Origin: a virus
Taxonomy: Duplodnaviria > Caudoviricetes
Direction: 5' to 3' (one strand)
Length of the DNA stretch: 64,000 nucleotides
Virus record (IMG/VR): IMGVR_UViG_3300036782_000001
Span: 3,754-67,753 of that record
Position numbers and translations under genes: made by a program
Shown here: piece after piece, positions 1-9,453 of the stretch
Numbering within the stretch: position 1 is the stretch's first letter
How the letters are laid out: every line of letters begins with the position of its first letter
Notes under the pieces: generated by a model
Databases searched by the model: none
Told to the model about the DNA's origin: nothing
The model's input: the letters and a program-made list of their open reading frames with translations, nothing else

Positions 1-22
1 TATCTATTAAGGAGGGAGAAAG

Positions 23-1699
23 ATGCAAATATCCAAAGCACAACTGCAAGAGATGCTAATAAACAAGACACCATCTCTCTATGCATTGAGACATAGATTC
101 ATCAAGGGAAACCCCCTTACATTCCATAGTACGAAGAATGCAATCAAACATAGACCTTGGCAAATAGACATCCTCAATGACCAGCACCCTGATAAGGTAG
201 TACGTAAGTCACGTCAGTTAGGTCTGTCAGAGATGGCTATCACAGAGTTCACATGGTTCTTGGATACTCATCCAAATACTAAGGCTATGTACACGTTCCC
301 ACGTAAAGAGCAAATGGAGGATTTTAGTAACACTCGTATAACTCCTATCTTCACTGAATCAGACTACCTGAACAGTCGTCTTGACCCTAAGATGAACAAC
401 GTTCGTCTTAAAAAGCTTACTAACCAGAGTGTATTGTTCCTACGTTCAGCGTGGGGTAGTGCACTGGGTGAGGGTACCGATATTGATATGCTAGGACTGG
501 ATGAGTATGACCGTATGAAAGATGGAGTAGAGCTAGCCTTCCGTGAGTCTATGAAGTCCTCTGCGTATGGTTTAATGAGACGTTGGAGTACTCCTACTAT
601 ACCTGGTCGTGGTGTGGATTTACTATTCCAGAAGAGTGACCAACGCTTCTACCACCACAAGTGTGAGAAGTGTGGGCATTGGCAATTCCTTACAGTTGAG
701 GATAATATCCTACAGGTTAAGGATGATGGGGTTGACATAGTAAGGGAACAGATAAAGGATGGAACATTTATATTCATTTGTAGTGGCTGTAAGCAACCTC
801 TTAATCGTTGGCATCAAGGTGAGTATGTAGCAAAGCACCCAGATGTGCATGAGATACGTGGCTACCACATCAGTCAGTTAGATGCTGTATGGATTAATGC
901 TGATGAGATTATGCGTAACCAATTCCAATATAAGATTAAGCAATTGTTCTATAACTACGTTATTGGTATACCTTATGCGTCTGAAGGCTTGCTTATCACT
1001 GACCAAGACATACTTGCGTGTAAGAAGTATGAAGAGCCAATAGGTTACAGGGATTATTCAAAGTATCAGAAGATTGTAGCTGGAGTGGACTGGGGTTACT
1101 TCAACTGGATGGTAGTGTTGGGTCTTACTCATGACAACCGTGTAGACCTATTAGACCTGCATTGGGTGGCTGATAACCCTAACAAACCTCTAGAGAGCGT
1201 TAACATCTTCACAGCCCTATTGAAGCCATTTGACCCTGACGTTATTGTTGCCGATAATGGTTTTGGAGCTGACCGTAATAGTTACTTAATGCAACAGTTC
1301 CCTGGTAGAGTGTATGCATGTGACTGGGATACACCAAGGAACTCAATACCTCTCGTGGATGCATGGAATGACAAAGGTAGACGTGTAAGGGTTGATAAGA
1401 CTACTAAGATGAAGCGTACTCTGTACAACCTGAAAGCAAGAGCAATAGGGATGTTTGGTCAGTGTGAGAAGCTGGATATGTTAACCAAGCATTTAAAGAA
1501 CGTGAGAACCATCATGGAAGAGGAAGATGGTGAAGTGTATGAAAGGGTAACACGTGTAGGGGATGACCACTTAGCCTGTTCATTAACATATGCGTATATA
1601 GCCCTTGACAGAATACTTGCTCTACATGAGCCTAACACTAACCTTGACTTTGACTTCATGCCAACAGGACAAGGAACACATGGATATGATAGGATGTGA
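23..1699 (+). CDS. terL: Terminase large subunit
   Basis: RBS AAGGAGG; ATPase motifs KSRQLGLSE and LGLDEYD, STPT motif, CxxC pairs, C-terminal nuclease GVDWG...GDDH. Confidence 0.93.
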   Translation: MQISKAQLQEMLINKTPSLYALRHRFIKGNPLTFHSTKNAIKHRPWQIDILNDQHPDKVVRKSRQLGLSEMAITEFTWFLDTHPNTKAMYTFPRKEQMEDFSNTRITPIFTESDYLNSRLDPKMNNVRLKKLTNQSVLFLRSAWGSALGEGTDIDMLGLDEYDRMKDGVELAFRESMKSSAYGLMRRWSTPTIPGRGVDLLFQKSDQRFYHHKCEKCGHWQFLTVEDNILQVKDDGVDIVREQIKDGTFIFICSGCKQPLNRWHQGEYVAKHPDVHEIRGYHISQLDAVWINADEIMRNQFQYKIKQLFYNYVIGIPYASEGLLITDQDILACKKYEEPIGYRDYSKYQKIVAGVDWGYFNWMVVLGLTHDNRVDLLDLHWVADNPNKPLESVNIFTALLKPFDPDVIVADNGFGADRNSYLMQQFPGRVYACDWDTPRNSIPLVDAWNDKGRRVRVDKTTKMKRTLYNLKARAIGMFGQCEKLDMLTKHLKNVRTIMEEEDGEVYERVTRVGDDHLACSLTYAYIALDRILALHEPNTNLDFDFMPTGQGTHGYDRM

Positions 1700-1703
1700 T
1701 GAT

Positions 1704-3548
1704 ATGGAACTGTATATAAACATAAGCAAAGGGATGCACACACTCAACACTGGTAAGCTGACACGTAAGCGTGTAATGGTTAAAGGGAAGAATGGTAGAA
1801 CGTTCTATCGTATGCAATGGGTGAATCCATGGGATGCCAGTACCGGTCATGGTGTGAGGGCAATACACAATGGTAAACAGTTAGATGAGGCAATACGACA
1901 TGGTATTACCAGACAGCCTAACCTACAGCAACACCTATCTCATCAAGGGATACACTCAACACTAGACTTGAAGGATAAGCTACACTTTGACCATCCTCTG
2001 TTCTTACCTGAGACAGAGGAGTCATCACAAGGGGCAATGTTCTTAGCCAACCATATACAGCATGGTAGTCAGAAGTACCTTGGTATGTTTGATAACGACA
2101 TCTACCAACACTCCAGAGAGATGAGCAAGATAGATGACATAACAGGTATGGAAGAGGCTGAACGCATGAGTTCACTAGGGGCTAAGCTACCTAGCTCTTT
2201 CCTTGAGACCTTAGATGAAGGCTCAACAGTGGATATAGGCTGGTCTGTATCTAAGATGAATGGTGCTGATATGGACAGAGCCAAGGAGTTAGCTAAGATG
2301 ACCTATGGTGAGGACAGTATCCAGTATAATGCCATTAAGGATATGGAGCCAGACCCAGATAAGCAAGAGCAAGGGGAACAGAAGGTAGAGCATGTAATAG
2401 AGCCTAAGGATGAGAAGCCTGCATACGGCACACCAGAGGACTACCGCCCACATTACCATACTCATGATGAGAAGATTAACAACATGACTGAGTGGCGTAG
2501 GGAAGCCACTGAGAAGGAGATGCAAGGGAAGAACAAAAAGGAAGCAATCACCCAGAGTATAGACTTTGATGAGTTGGAGAGTATGGATGAGGATACAGTA
2601 GCTGACATGCTAGAAGACCAAGACAAGTATGGTGACCTGCATGAGCAACATGAAACAGCAATGAAGCATATGCTTAACAGTCAGCTAGAGGCTGCTAAGG
2701 AGTCAGCTAAGGATGTCTTTGGTGAGCTATCACCTACAGCCATTGAGCATGTGTTCAGCTCACCTGAAGGTAAGTATACTGCTCACATATCATCCATTAA
2801 GCCTGACATAATGAACTTGGGCATGGGCAAGTATGATGTCAACTGGTCTATGAGTATCAAGCTTAAATCAAAGGATGGATACCATGCTGGTAACATCAAC
2901 CGTACAGTTGGACGTGACCATGATGGTTCACTGGTGGTGCATAACGACTTGCTAGAGGTGGATGAGGACTACCAGAACATAGGCATTGCAAGCAATGTGT
3001 ATAACAGAAGTGAACAGATGTGGAAGCATATGGCAAAGGGCAACAAGGTTAAGATAAGCATATGTGCTAACATCACAGTAGGTGCTTATGCATGGGCTGA
3101 CAAGAGCAAGGGCTTTGACTTTGCTGATAGCTATGAGCTAAAGGCTGCTAGGTCTGAGCTTAAGGACTTCATAAGTAACAACAACTGGGATGAAGAGGAA
3201 GTCATGCAAGCCTGTGGATATGAGAATGTGGATGAGTTAGAGCATGCTTGGGAGTTCGCTGAACTGGATGATGGGTACAGGTATGACCTAACACCACATG
3301 CCTTTGAGGATATCAAGGGTGATGCCCACTTGGGCAAGGCATTCATGCTCACTAGTAAGTCCTCATGGGAAGCTGAGAAGCATATCAATACTGATGGCAA
3401 GGCATACCAAGAGCAACTACGTGATGATAGTGTTGACGACTACCTAGCTGACACAGGGCAAGAGGACTTGGACTATGAAGACCTAGAGGACTTGGATGAC
3501 GTTAGTGATGAGGAACTAGAAGTGTTTAGGAGGAAGTATAATGAGTGA
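1704..3548 (+). CDS. Tagged putative virion cargo protein with C-terminal GNAT acetyltransferase and acidic tail
   Basis: Start moved from 1605 to ATG 1704 (MELYINISKG, matching the 25705 paralog); GNAT motif A YQNIGIA, ANITVGAYAW..GFDF. Confidence 0.75.
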   Translation: MELYINISKGMHTLNTGKLTRKRVMVKGKNGRTFYRMQWVNPWDASTGHGVRAIHNGKQLDEAIRHGITRQPNLQQHLSHQGIHSTLDLKDKLHFDHPLFLPETEESSQGAMFLANHIQHGSQKYLGMFDNDIYQHSREMSKIDDITGMEEAERMSSLGAKLPSSFLETLDEGSTVDIGWSVSKMNGADMDRAKELAKMTYGEDSIQYNAIKDMEPDPDKQEQGEQKVEHVIEPKDEKPAYGTPEDYRPHYHTHDEKINNMTEWRREATEKEMQGKNKKEAITQSIDFDELESMDEDTVADMLEDQDKYGDLHEQHETAMKHMLNSQLEAAKESAKDVFGELSPTAIEHVFSSPEGKYTAHISSIKPDIMNLGMGKYDVNWSMSIKLKSKDGYHAGNINRTVGRDHDGSLVVHNDLLEVDEDYQNIGIASNVYNRSEQMWKHMAKGNKVKISICANITVGAYAWADKSKGFDFADSYELKAARSELKDFISNNNWDEEEVMQACGYENVDELEHAWEFAELDDGYRYDLTPHAFEDIKGDAHLGKAFMLTSKSSWEAEKHINTDGKAYQEQLRDDSVDDYLADTGQEDLDYEDLEDLDDVSDEELEVFRRKYNE

Positions 3549-3705
3549 TAAGCTGAGACAGTTCACAAGTGTTAAGCCTAAGCATAAGCGTGAGGGAACA
3601 GAGGGATTACTCAAGTCTAAAGATGGCAAGACAATAAGAGATGACAGCTGGCTACACCCTAGTGCTGGCGTGAAGAGGAAGAACCCAGAGGTACGGGGTG
3701 GGTAG
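3541..3705 (+). CDS. 54-aa basic peptide coupled to the GNAT gene (not in ORF track)
   Basis: AGGAGG RBS; MSDKLRQFTSVKPKHKREGTEGLLKSKDGKTIRDDSWLHPSAGVKRKNPEVRGG; similar to the N-terminus of the 26990 protein. Confidence 0.7.
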   Translation: MSDKLRQFTSVKPKHKREGTEGLLKSKDGKTIRDDSWLHPSAGVKRKNPEVRGG

Positions 3706-3960
3706 GCACCACCCCCCTTCCTAGAAACATGGGGGGTGGTAAAGTTTTCTTTTTCGGGAGTATAAGGAATCCTGTTTCCTTTGGAGTCCCTAGATGCCCT
3801 CCAACCCGATGCCTTTACACACTACCCCCTACTTTTTCAAACCACCCCCACCCTTATTTCTACCCTACAAAAAAGTACCCCACCTCCTTTTTCTCTAAAG
3901 GAAACCTTATTTTCGATATTTATAGAGAAAACTTCCCTTATGACCGTTTTTTCAAAGGTA
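3706..3960. other. Non-coding C-rich/A-T-tract segment, candidate genome end or packaging region
   Basis: Hairpin ACCACCCCCC...GGGGGGTGGT followed by alternating C-runs and A/T-runs, unlike flanking DNA. Confidence 0.35.
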
Positions 3961-3978
3961 GAAGGGAGGGATTCTGAA

Positions 3979-4512
3979 GTGAAGAACCACTACACCATTG
4001 ATGGAGACACTACAACGATATACTGCAAGAGTAAGGGAGATATAATCGAGGTGCTCATTGATACCGAGGATTTACCGAGGTTACAAGAGTATAGGACTTG
4101 GTGCATCAATCTACCTTACGGCAAGCAAGTTAAGCCCTACGTTATCGCTGGGGTAAAGGGGAGTACAAAAAGAGCAACATTGCATAGGATGTTAATGGGA
4201 TTCCCTGAGGGCATGGTAGTTGACCATAGGGACGGTAACACCTTCAACAACAAGAAGGAAAACCTAAGAGTGGTAACTCAAAGGGAGAACATAGAGCACT
4301 GCTGGAAGGATAACCTGAGTAAAGGCTCTAAAAGGACTGCGTGTACGGAGGATAACCCTGTAGGGGTTGTCTGGCACAAAAGGGATAAGCGATGGATAGC
4401 ACGTATCAAGGTTGATGGCAAGCGTATAGACATTGGTAGGTTTAAGGAAAAGGCTGATGCTATCCATGCTAGACAAGAAGCCGAAAAAGAATACTGGGGT
4501 GACCAACAATGA
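3979..4512 (+). CDS. HNH homing endonuclease with C-terminal AP2 domain
   Basis: GTG start after GGGAGGG; LHR..M...VVDHRDGNTFNNKKENLR; AP2-like GVVWHKRDKRWIARI...IGRF...DAIHAR. Confidence 0.9.
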   Translation: MKNHYTIDGDTTTIYCKSKGDIIEVLIDTEDLPRLQEYRTWCINLPYGKQVKPYVIAGVKGSTKRATLHRMLMGFPEGMVVDHRDGNTFNNKKENLRVVTQRENIEHCWKDNLSKGSKRTACTEDNPVGVVWHKRDKRWIARIKVDGKRIDIGRFKEKADAIHARQEAEKEYWGDQQ

Positions 4513-4853
4513 CGCATATAAAGTCAGAACCGCCTACTCTTAACATCCATGGTATGAATATTCCTATAATTATACCTGGCAACATGAGATTTCAGATAAG
4601 GAATAGAACTGCCTACTTTGAACTGCATAGAATAATGCTACCTAAAGACCTTATGGGAGTTCTAACCAATCACGTATGGGCTGAAGCACGACTAAATATG
4701 TGGTTAGGCATGAGGTTCGCAGGTCAAGAGTATAACTGGATGGCATACAACGGTCACATAGGAATTAGTAGTTATGAGGAGAAAAGAGTAGAACAAGATA
4801 TGCTGGTATTGGAACACGTTCATTTCATATTACATTTAATAGGAGGAGAATAA
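4509..4853 (+). CDS. Hypothetical protein, tandem paralog family member 1
   Basis: 114 aa, coupled to HNH gene; shares N- and C-terminal strand patterns with the next three ORFs. Confidence 0.7.
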   Translation: MTHIKSEPPTLNIHGMNIPIIIPGNMRFQIRNRTAYFELHRIMLPKDLMGVLTNHVWAEARLNMWLGMRFAGQEYNWMAYNGHIGISSYEEKRVEQDMLVLEHVHFILHLIGGE

Positions 4854-4854
4854 A

Positions 4855-5205
4855 ATGGGAGTTACTGTTACTGAAAAGAGCACACTTAGTATTGATGGGG
4901 TAGAGGTAAGTCACGAGGGGTTAAAGCTAGAAATGGCACCAAATGGAGGCGCTATCATCAAGATTAGGTCTCTTAATATGACTATAGACGACTGGGAAGA
5001 GCTACAAACAGGTAGCCCAAAGGTGTCGGCTATGTATACCAGAAAAGTAGTTACTGATGGTGGAAAGGGTAGTACTGGCATTGCCAACCGAGCATTCACA
5101 GGTAAATTAGCTAAGATTAACTACCATGCCAAGGATACATTCGAGTATACAGTTGCGGTGGAATCAGTGACACTTACGGTTAACCCTAGTTGGGTGGTGG
5201 AGTAA
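4855..5205 (+). CDS. Hypothetical protein, tandem paralog family member 2
   Basis: RBS AGGAGG; 116 aa; ends VAVESVTLTV. Confidence 0.75.
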   Translation: MGVTVTEKSTLSIDGVEVSHEGLKLEMAPNGGAIIKIRSLNMTIDDWEELQTGSPKVSAMYTRKVVTDGGKGSTGIANRAFTGKLAKINYHAKDTFEYTVAVESVTLTVNPSWVVE

Positions 5206-5207
5206 GG

Positions 5208-5528
5208 GTGAGTAAATCTATCGTTCTGTTTGGTGACAAGCCTGTGGAATGTAAGGATGTATTCTTTAGTCTGAATAATGAGGGTGGCGTAACAGTCCTT
5301 ATAAACTCTATAATTGTGGAACGCAATGATAGTATGTTTATAAGAGATGTACAGACAAAGGGTCAGAGAGTAAAAGTTACTATGCAATATGGTTCAGATA
5401 CCATACTAGGTGCATCAGGAGTAATTGATTCGCTAAGGTTCTTTAGAGTACTGTGTCAGAAGAAGGTAGAGCTGAAGGACATAGGCATCGAACTGACAGA
5501 CGTTATTATATCAGGAGGTAGCAGATAA
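5208..5528 (+). CDS. Hypothetical protein, tandem paralog family member 3
   Basis: GTG at 5208 after GGAG; in frame with the track ORF. Confidence 0.7.
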   Translation: MSKSIVLFGDKPVECKDVFFSLNNEGGVTVLINSIIVERNDSMFIRDVQTKGQRVKVTMQYGSDTILGASGVIDSLRFFRVLCQKKVELKDIGIELTDVIISGGSR

Positions 5529-5872
5529 TGAGACCGTGGCAGAAAGCATACTTAGAGCAACTTACAGGCAATGTTAGTTTTAAGACAAAGAACACAGAAT
5601 TACTCATTGGAGGGGTACACACCAAGCACCAGATTGAACCCTACAGTGTAACTAGAGAACGTGGAGCATACTATGTTAAGTTCAAGAGAATGGTCATACC
5701 TTCTCCTATAATGGATGCTTTGATGAATACAGAACCATTGGAGTTTAAGCTAACAGGAGAGGGAGATGACCGTATTGAAGGTGAATGCTATCTACAGGCT
5801 TGCGTGGAAGGTGCTAGTAGTGAGCACTATAGGGCATTAGAAGACGTTTTATTCTTGATTCAACCAAAGTAA
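5528..5872 (+). CDS. Hypothetical protein, tandem paralog family member 4
   Basis: RBS AGGAGG; TAATG overlap; followed by a hairpin and U-tract. Confidence 0.75.
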   Translation: MRPWQKAYLEQLTGNVSFKTKNTELLIGGVHTKHQIEPYSVTRERGAYYVKFKRMVIPSPIMDALMNTEPLEFKLTGEGDDRIEGECYLQACVEGASSEHYRALEDVLFLIQPK

Positions 5873-5930
5873 TACGAGGGAGAGGACTTTTGGTCTTCTC
5901 CTTCTTTTAATGTGAAGGGAGGGAGAGACG

Positions 5931-6131
5931 ATGAAGAAGGTGGAAAACATAGAGTGGGCTGGACATTGTGCCGAGTGCTTTACATGTGGGGCGTTTGCAC
6001 CTAATATGAAGGAGTTCCACAAGCAACTAGACAAAGGACATTGGAGTAAGCGTCCATTAGCAGTAAACAATATGAGAGTCAGTCAGCAATATATGCATAA
6101 CTGTGAGAAAGCAAAGGAGGATAACAAATGA
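5931..6131 (+). CDS. Small hypothetical protein with CxxCxxC
   Basis: RBS GGGAGGG; HCAECFTCG. Confidence 0.65.
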   Translation: MKKVENIEWAGHCAECFTCGAFAPNMKEFHKQLDKGHWSKRPLAVNNMRVSQQYMHNCEKAKEDNK

Positions 6132-6538
6132 ATCCACTAGAGTCTCAAGTACTACTTGGATTAGCCCAACAAGGCATACATTTAAATCCACTAAGCCATG
6201 AGGAAAAACCAAGTAAGCCCAAACGTGAGGAACGTAGATTCAATATCAGCGATGATGAGTTAAGGGATTTAGCAATCAAGTTACAAAACATAGTAATCTG
6301 GAGAGGTTGTGGTGCTGGAGGTACATTCGATGAGAACTATCATACTCCAGAGTATCACTTATTCTCTGATGAATGGGAGCCATTCCATATAAGAGTGACT
6401 AGGAAGAAGGATGGCAGGTCTATACTTAGTGCCATGAATAATTACTACTGGTCAGGAACGGAGTATGATTATAAAGCTTTACTAAGGCTGATTGACAATC
6501 ATAACAAGTTACTGCCTTTAATGAGGAAGGGGAATTAA
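6128..6538 (+). CDS. Hypothetical protein
   Basis: RBS AAGGAGG, operon coupling. Confidence 0.75.
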   Translation: MNPLESQVLLGLAQQGIHLNPLSHEEKPSKPKREERRFNISDDELRDLAIKLQNIVIWRGCGAGGTFDENYHTPEYHLFSDEWEPFHIRVTRKKDGRSILSAMNNYYWSGTEYDYKALLRLIDNHNKLLPLMRKGN

Positions 6539-6539
6539 T

Positions 6540-6788
6540 ATGAAGAAAGCATTGATACTAGCAGGTTGCGTACTATTACTGGGGGCTTGTGATCCACCTA
6601 AGCCTCCTGAGTATAAAGAGACCCCACAAGGGTTTAAACCCATTGGTCAATATGAGGAGTCCCCGTACCGAACAATTAAGCTAGAAGACAAGGAAACAAC
6701 TTGCAGATACTTAATAACTGATGATGGGTATATTACCCCCGATTTAGTACAACCTGCTAAGTGTAAGGGGATGATGAAAGGTGAGTAG
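6540..6788 (+). CDS. Lipoprotein
   Basis: Signal peptide MKKALILAGCVLLLGAC with lipobox LGA-C. Confidence 0.75.
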   Translation: MKKALILAGCVLLLGACDPPKPPEYKETPQGFKPIGQYEESPYRTIKLEDKETTCRYLITDDGYITPDLVQPAKCKGMMKGE

Positions 6789-7044
6789 AATCATGACACC
6801 ATTCTTTGGTAAGTGGGATGATAATGAAGACAAGAATACTGTAGACCCTGGAGAGCCTAGACCACCTAGGAAGCATGTAAATATGTCAGAGAAGGACTTC
6901 AGGGTATCAGTACTAAAAGGTCTTGTAGCAATTGAGCATGCAATTCGTACTGGTAATAGACACTACTGGGCAAGTGACATGGAATATGCAGTGCGCATGG
7001 CACAGTCTATGAGGGAGGATGATGGTAATGAACAAGGCAGTTAA
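6781..7044 (+). CDS. Hypothetical protein
   Basis: Coupled ORF in the operon. Confidence 0.65.
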   Translation: MSRIMTPFFGKWDDNEDKNTVDPGEPRPPRKHVNMSEKDFRVSVLKGLVAIEHAIRTGNRHYWASDMEYAVRMAQSMREDDGNEQGS

Positions 7045-7345
7045 GGTACTAGAAGCTCTTATGTATGGTAACATTGATGTGAAGATGGATGGTCATGAAT
7101 TGGTTTACTCTAGGGAGCATGAAGGGGTATTCATTAAGGGTGAGAAGTTTGAACATGGTCAACCAGTCGAGCAAGGCAAAGGTACTCCAGTGCTACTAAA
7201 TGCCGACTTTGACCTTAACTACTTCATACGTAAGTGTGAAGAGATGCCTGACCATGAAATACTGGGTATTTGTGGCAGTCTCGCACTTACTAAGCAGGTT
7301 CATGCTAAGAGAAAGCCTAGAAAGGGTGTTGGGGATGAGGGGTGA
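7019..7345 (+). CDS. Hypothetical protein
   Basis: RBS GGGAGG. Confidence 0.7.
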   Translation: MMVMNKAVKVLEALMYGNIDVKMDGHELVYSREHEGVFIKGEKFEHGQPVEQGKGTPVLLNADFDLNYFIRKCEEMPDHEILGICGSLALTKQVHAKRKPRKGVGDEG

Positions 7346-7487
7346 AAAAGTATTATCTATCCTTGGTATTACTCTACTCCTGCTAGGTATAGTGAGCGCC
7401 TGCGTGTGCTCCTTCTACGCAGGCAAGTCAGCAGGTAACATGGAGATATATGAGGGACTAGTAGAGAAAGGACTGATTAAAGAGTGA
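7335..7487 (+). CDS. Small membrane protein
   Basis: ATG 7335, one hydrophobic helix VLSILGITLLLLGIVSACV. Confidence 0.6.
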   Translation: MRGEKVLSILGITLLLLGIVSACVCSFYAGKSAGNMEIYEGLVEKGLIKE

Positions 7488-7590
7488 AGGGTAACAAACC
7501 AGAAGGTCTGGCAGAGGATATATGTTGGTTACTGTCTGTTATAATAGTATGTGTGATATTCTGGCTCTTATAAATTAAGGAGGGATATTA

Positions 7591-7797
7591 ATGAATGGCA
7601 AACAGGCTTTTATACTAGGAGTTGTTGTTGCTATTGTATCTATAGCTTCTCATTTAGGCACTACTGCTTTCTTGGACTCCATCTATGATAAAGGGTACAA
7701 TAAAGGCGTTAATGCAGGTATTGAGCAAGGCAAGAAGGATGCTATGAAAGACATTGAACTTAGCTACGATATGTGTGTTAAGAAGAAAGGGGAGTAA
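7591..7797 (+). CDS. Small membrane protein
   Basis: RBS AAGGAGG; N-terminal TM helix, GYNKGVNAG repeat. Confidence 0.7.
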   Translation: MNGKQAFILGVVVAIVSIASHLGTTAFLDSIYDKGYNKGVNAGIEQGKKDAMKDIELSYDMCVKKKGE

Positions 7798-7800
7798 CAC

Positions 7801-8106
7801 ATGCAGGTAATATTTGCATTAGCTTTAGCTGCCTGTATAGGCATGACATACTTCACAGACAACATGGCAGTTGTAACTTTAGTTATCATTATTAACAGTA
7901 TTTTCGCTCTGTTTGTGCTGAAAAATGAGGATTTAGCCTACCCTTCCACGTTCCTGTTAGTTACAGGGATAGTGGTTGGTCTGGTTGGAATGTGTCTAGC
8001 AATTATACTAGGCAATTACTATCTCGTAGTTCTTGCACTACCTTGGAGCGGTCTGATAGTGAGTAGTATTATACTAATGATTAAAGAAGATAGGAGTGAG
8101 TGGTAA
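7801..8106 (+). CDS. Multi-pass membrane protein
   Basis: About four hydrophobic segments. Confidence 0.7.
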   Translation: MQVIFALALAACIGMTYFTDNMAVVTLVIIINSIFALFVLKNEDLAYPSTFLLVTGIVVGLVGMCLAIILGNYYLVVLALPWSGLIVSSIILMIKEDRSEW

Positions 8107-8405
8107 TGAGAATTATGCCAATGGAACTTATAACGATTGATGGGGAGCTACTGAACAAACATAGTGATGGGGAAAGAGGTCAGACCCATAGAAGAAAGCA
8201 TGATAGACATTACAGCTGGAGTAATCCATTAGCCTTTGTACCAAGAGAAGGTGAGCTATTAACTTATAAGAAATTTAGTCGAGAAGGAACTGGAGAGGAA
8301 AAGACCTATCGAGTTGTTCGGGTGATATATCACACTGAGGAAGACACTAACAACTCTTATAAGGGTTGGGTTGAGATTCGTGTTAGTGAGGTGACAGGAG
8401 CATGA
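8106..8405 (+). CDS. Hypothetical protein
   Basis: RBS AGGAG, coupled ORF. Confidence 0.7.
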   Translation: MRIMPMELITIDGELLNKHSDGERGQTHRRKHDRHYSWSNPLAFVPREGELLTYKKFSREGTGEEKTYRVVRVIYHTEEDTNNSYKGWVEIRVSEVTGA

Positions 8406-8755
8406 AGCCATTTCTAAGTGACCGAATCCAAGTAGATGAGAATACCACTTTCCAGTTGTCAGAGGTTAACCTAAGGTTTGCCTCTTTCATGGAGCCAGAA
8501 TACTCTAATGGTATAGAACCCAAACCACCAAGGCAGGTAGACAACCTAAGGGGCGAACTTGTGGTACGCCACCATAGTAAGAATGCTGATGAGTCTTACC
8601 TACTATTCGGTGAAGCTAGACGTTATCGACCTGCTTTAACTACTCATTCTGTAGGGATTGCGGAACTACCTCTAGAGTTACAAAAGAAGCTCAAAGATGC
8701 ATGGGCTGAAGTGGAGCAGTACTTGAGAGACAAGACTGAAAAGGTAGGTGATTGA
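8402..8755 (+). CDS. Hypothetical protein
   Basis: ATGA overlap. Confidence 0.7.
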   Translation: MKPFLSDRIQVDENTTFQLSEVNLRFASFMEPEYSNGIEPKPPRQVDNLRGELVVRHHSKNADESYLLFGEARRYRPALTTHSVGIAELPLELQKKLKDAWAEVEQYLRDKTEKVGD

Positions 8756-8990
8756 TATGCTGATAGCAAGACTGACTTTATTACTTACTATTCTTGGTAT
8801 GGTGGGTGGAGCAATATATTTATTTACTCAAGGAGGTATAGGGTACTTCTTTGGAGCTATCTTGATGATAGCAGCAGCCTACTTTGCAGAGGACTTCTAT
8901 AATGATGAGAGCAAGAAGCCAGTCATGGTTACCATTGACCCTAAGGGTGATTGGAACCCTAGAAAAGGAGACGATACAAGATGGAAATAA
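8748..8990 (+). CDS. Small two-TM membrane protein
   Basis: Two hydrophobic helices. Confidence 0.65.
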   Translation: MIDMLIARLTLLLTILGMVGGAIYLFTQGGIGYFFGAILMIAAAYFAEDFYNDESKKPVMVTIDPKGDWNPRKGDDTRWK

Positions 8991-9016
8991 GCACTCTTAG
9001 GAGTGCTTTTTCTTTT
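8989..9016 (+). terminator. Intrinsic terminator
   Basis: AAGCACTC-TTAG-GAGTGCTT followed by a T-tract. Confidence 0.8.
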
Positions 9017-9086
9017 GTATGAGACTTTTTCCATATAAAGGAAATTAATAATTGCTGGACGATACTTAATTAAGGGAGCGGATTGT

Positions 9087-9368
9087 ATGCAAGTGATTGC
9101 ACCTAAAGAAACTGTTGTGTCTCAGATTCCTATTGGTAGTGTTATTATTGACAGTGCTGGGTTCGAATATCTTTTAACTGGTCGCATGGCTGAAGAGGTT
9201 GGAGAGTATGATAAAGCCATCCTACATAGATTCAGTGGTCAAGGTCGCCATGAGTGGGGTCATGACCTATCTAAGCCTGTATCCCCTGAAGAGATAGAAG
9301 GAGCACTGGGTACTAACTTCAAAGTATTCACCTCAGATGAATATATTCTACAGTTAGTTAAGAAATAG
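9087..9368 (+). CDS. Hypothetical protein
   Basis: RBS AAGGGAG; followed by terminator AGACCC-CTAGT-GGGTCT-TTTT. Confidence 0.7.
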   Translation: MQVIAPKETVVSQIPIGSVIIDSAGFEYLLTGRMAEEVGEYDKAILHRFSGQGRHEWGHDLSKPVSPEEIEGALGTNFKVFTSDEYILQLVKK

Positions 9369-9453
9369 ACCCCTAGTGGGTCTTTTTCTATGATATGACC
9401 TGTGCATTGAGGATACGAATTTTATACTTGATTACGAAAAAGGAGGTATTCTC

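Noticed and set aside
1605-1703. Longer N-terminus of the 647-aa track ORF
   Set aside because: Overlaps terminase; ATG 1704 has an RBS-like sequence and matches the paralog start MEL.INI.K
3729-3978. 82-aa ORF and N-terminal extension of the HNH-AP2 ORF
   Set aside because: Translations of low-complexity non-coding DNA; the RBS supports GTG 3979
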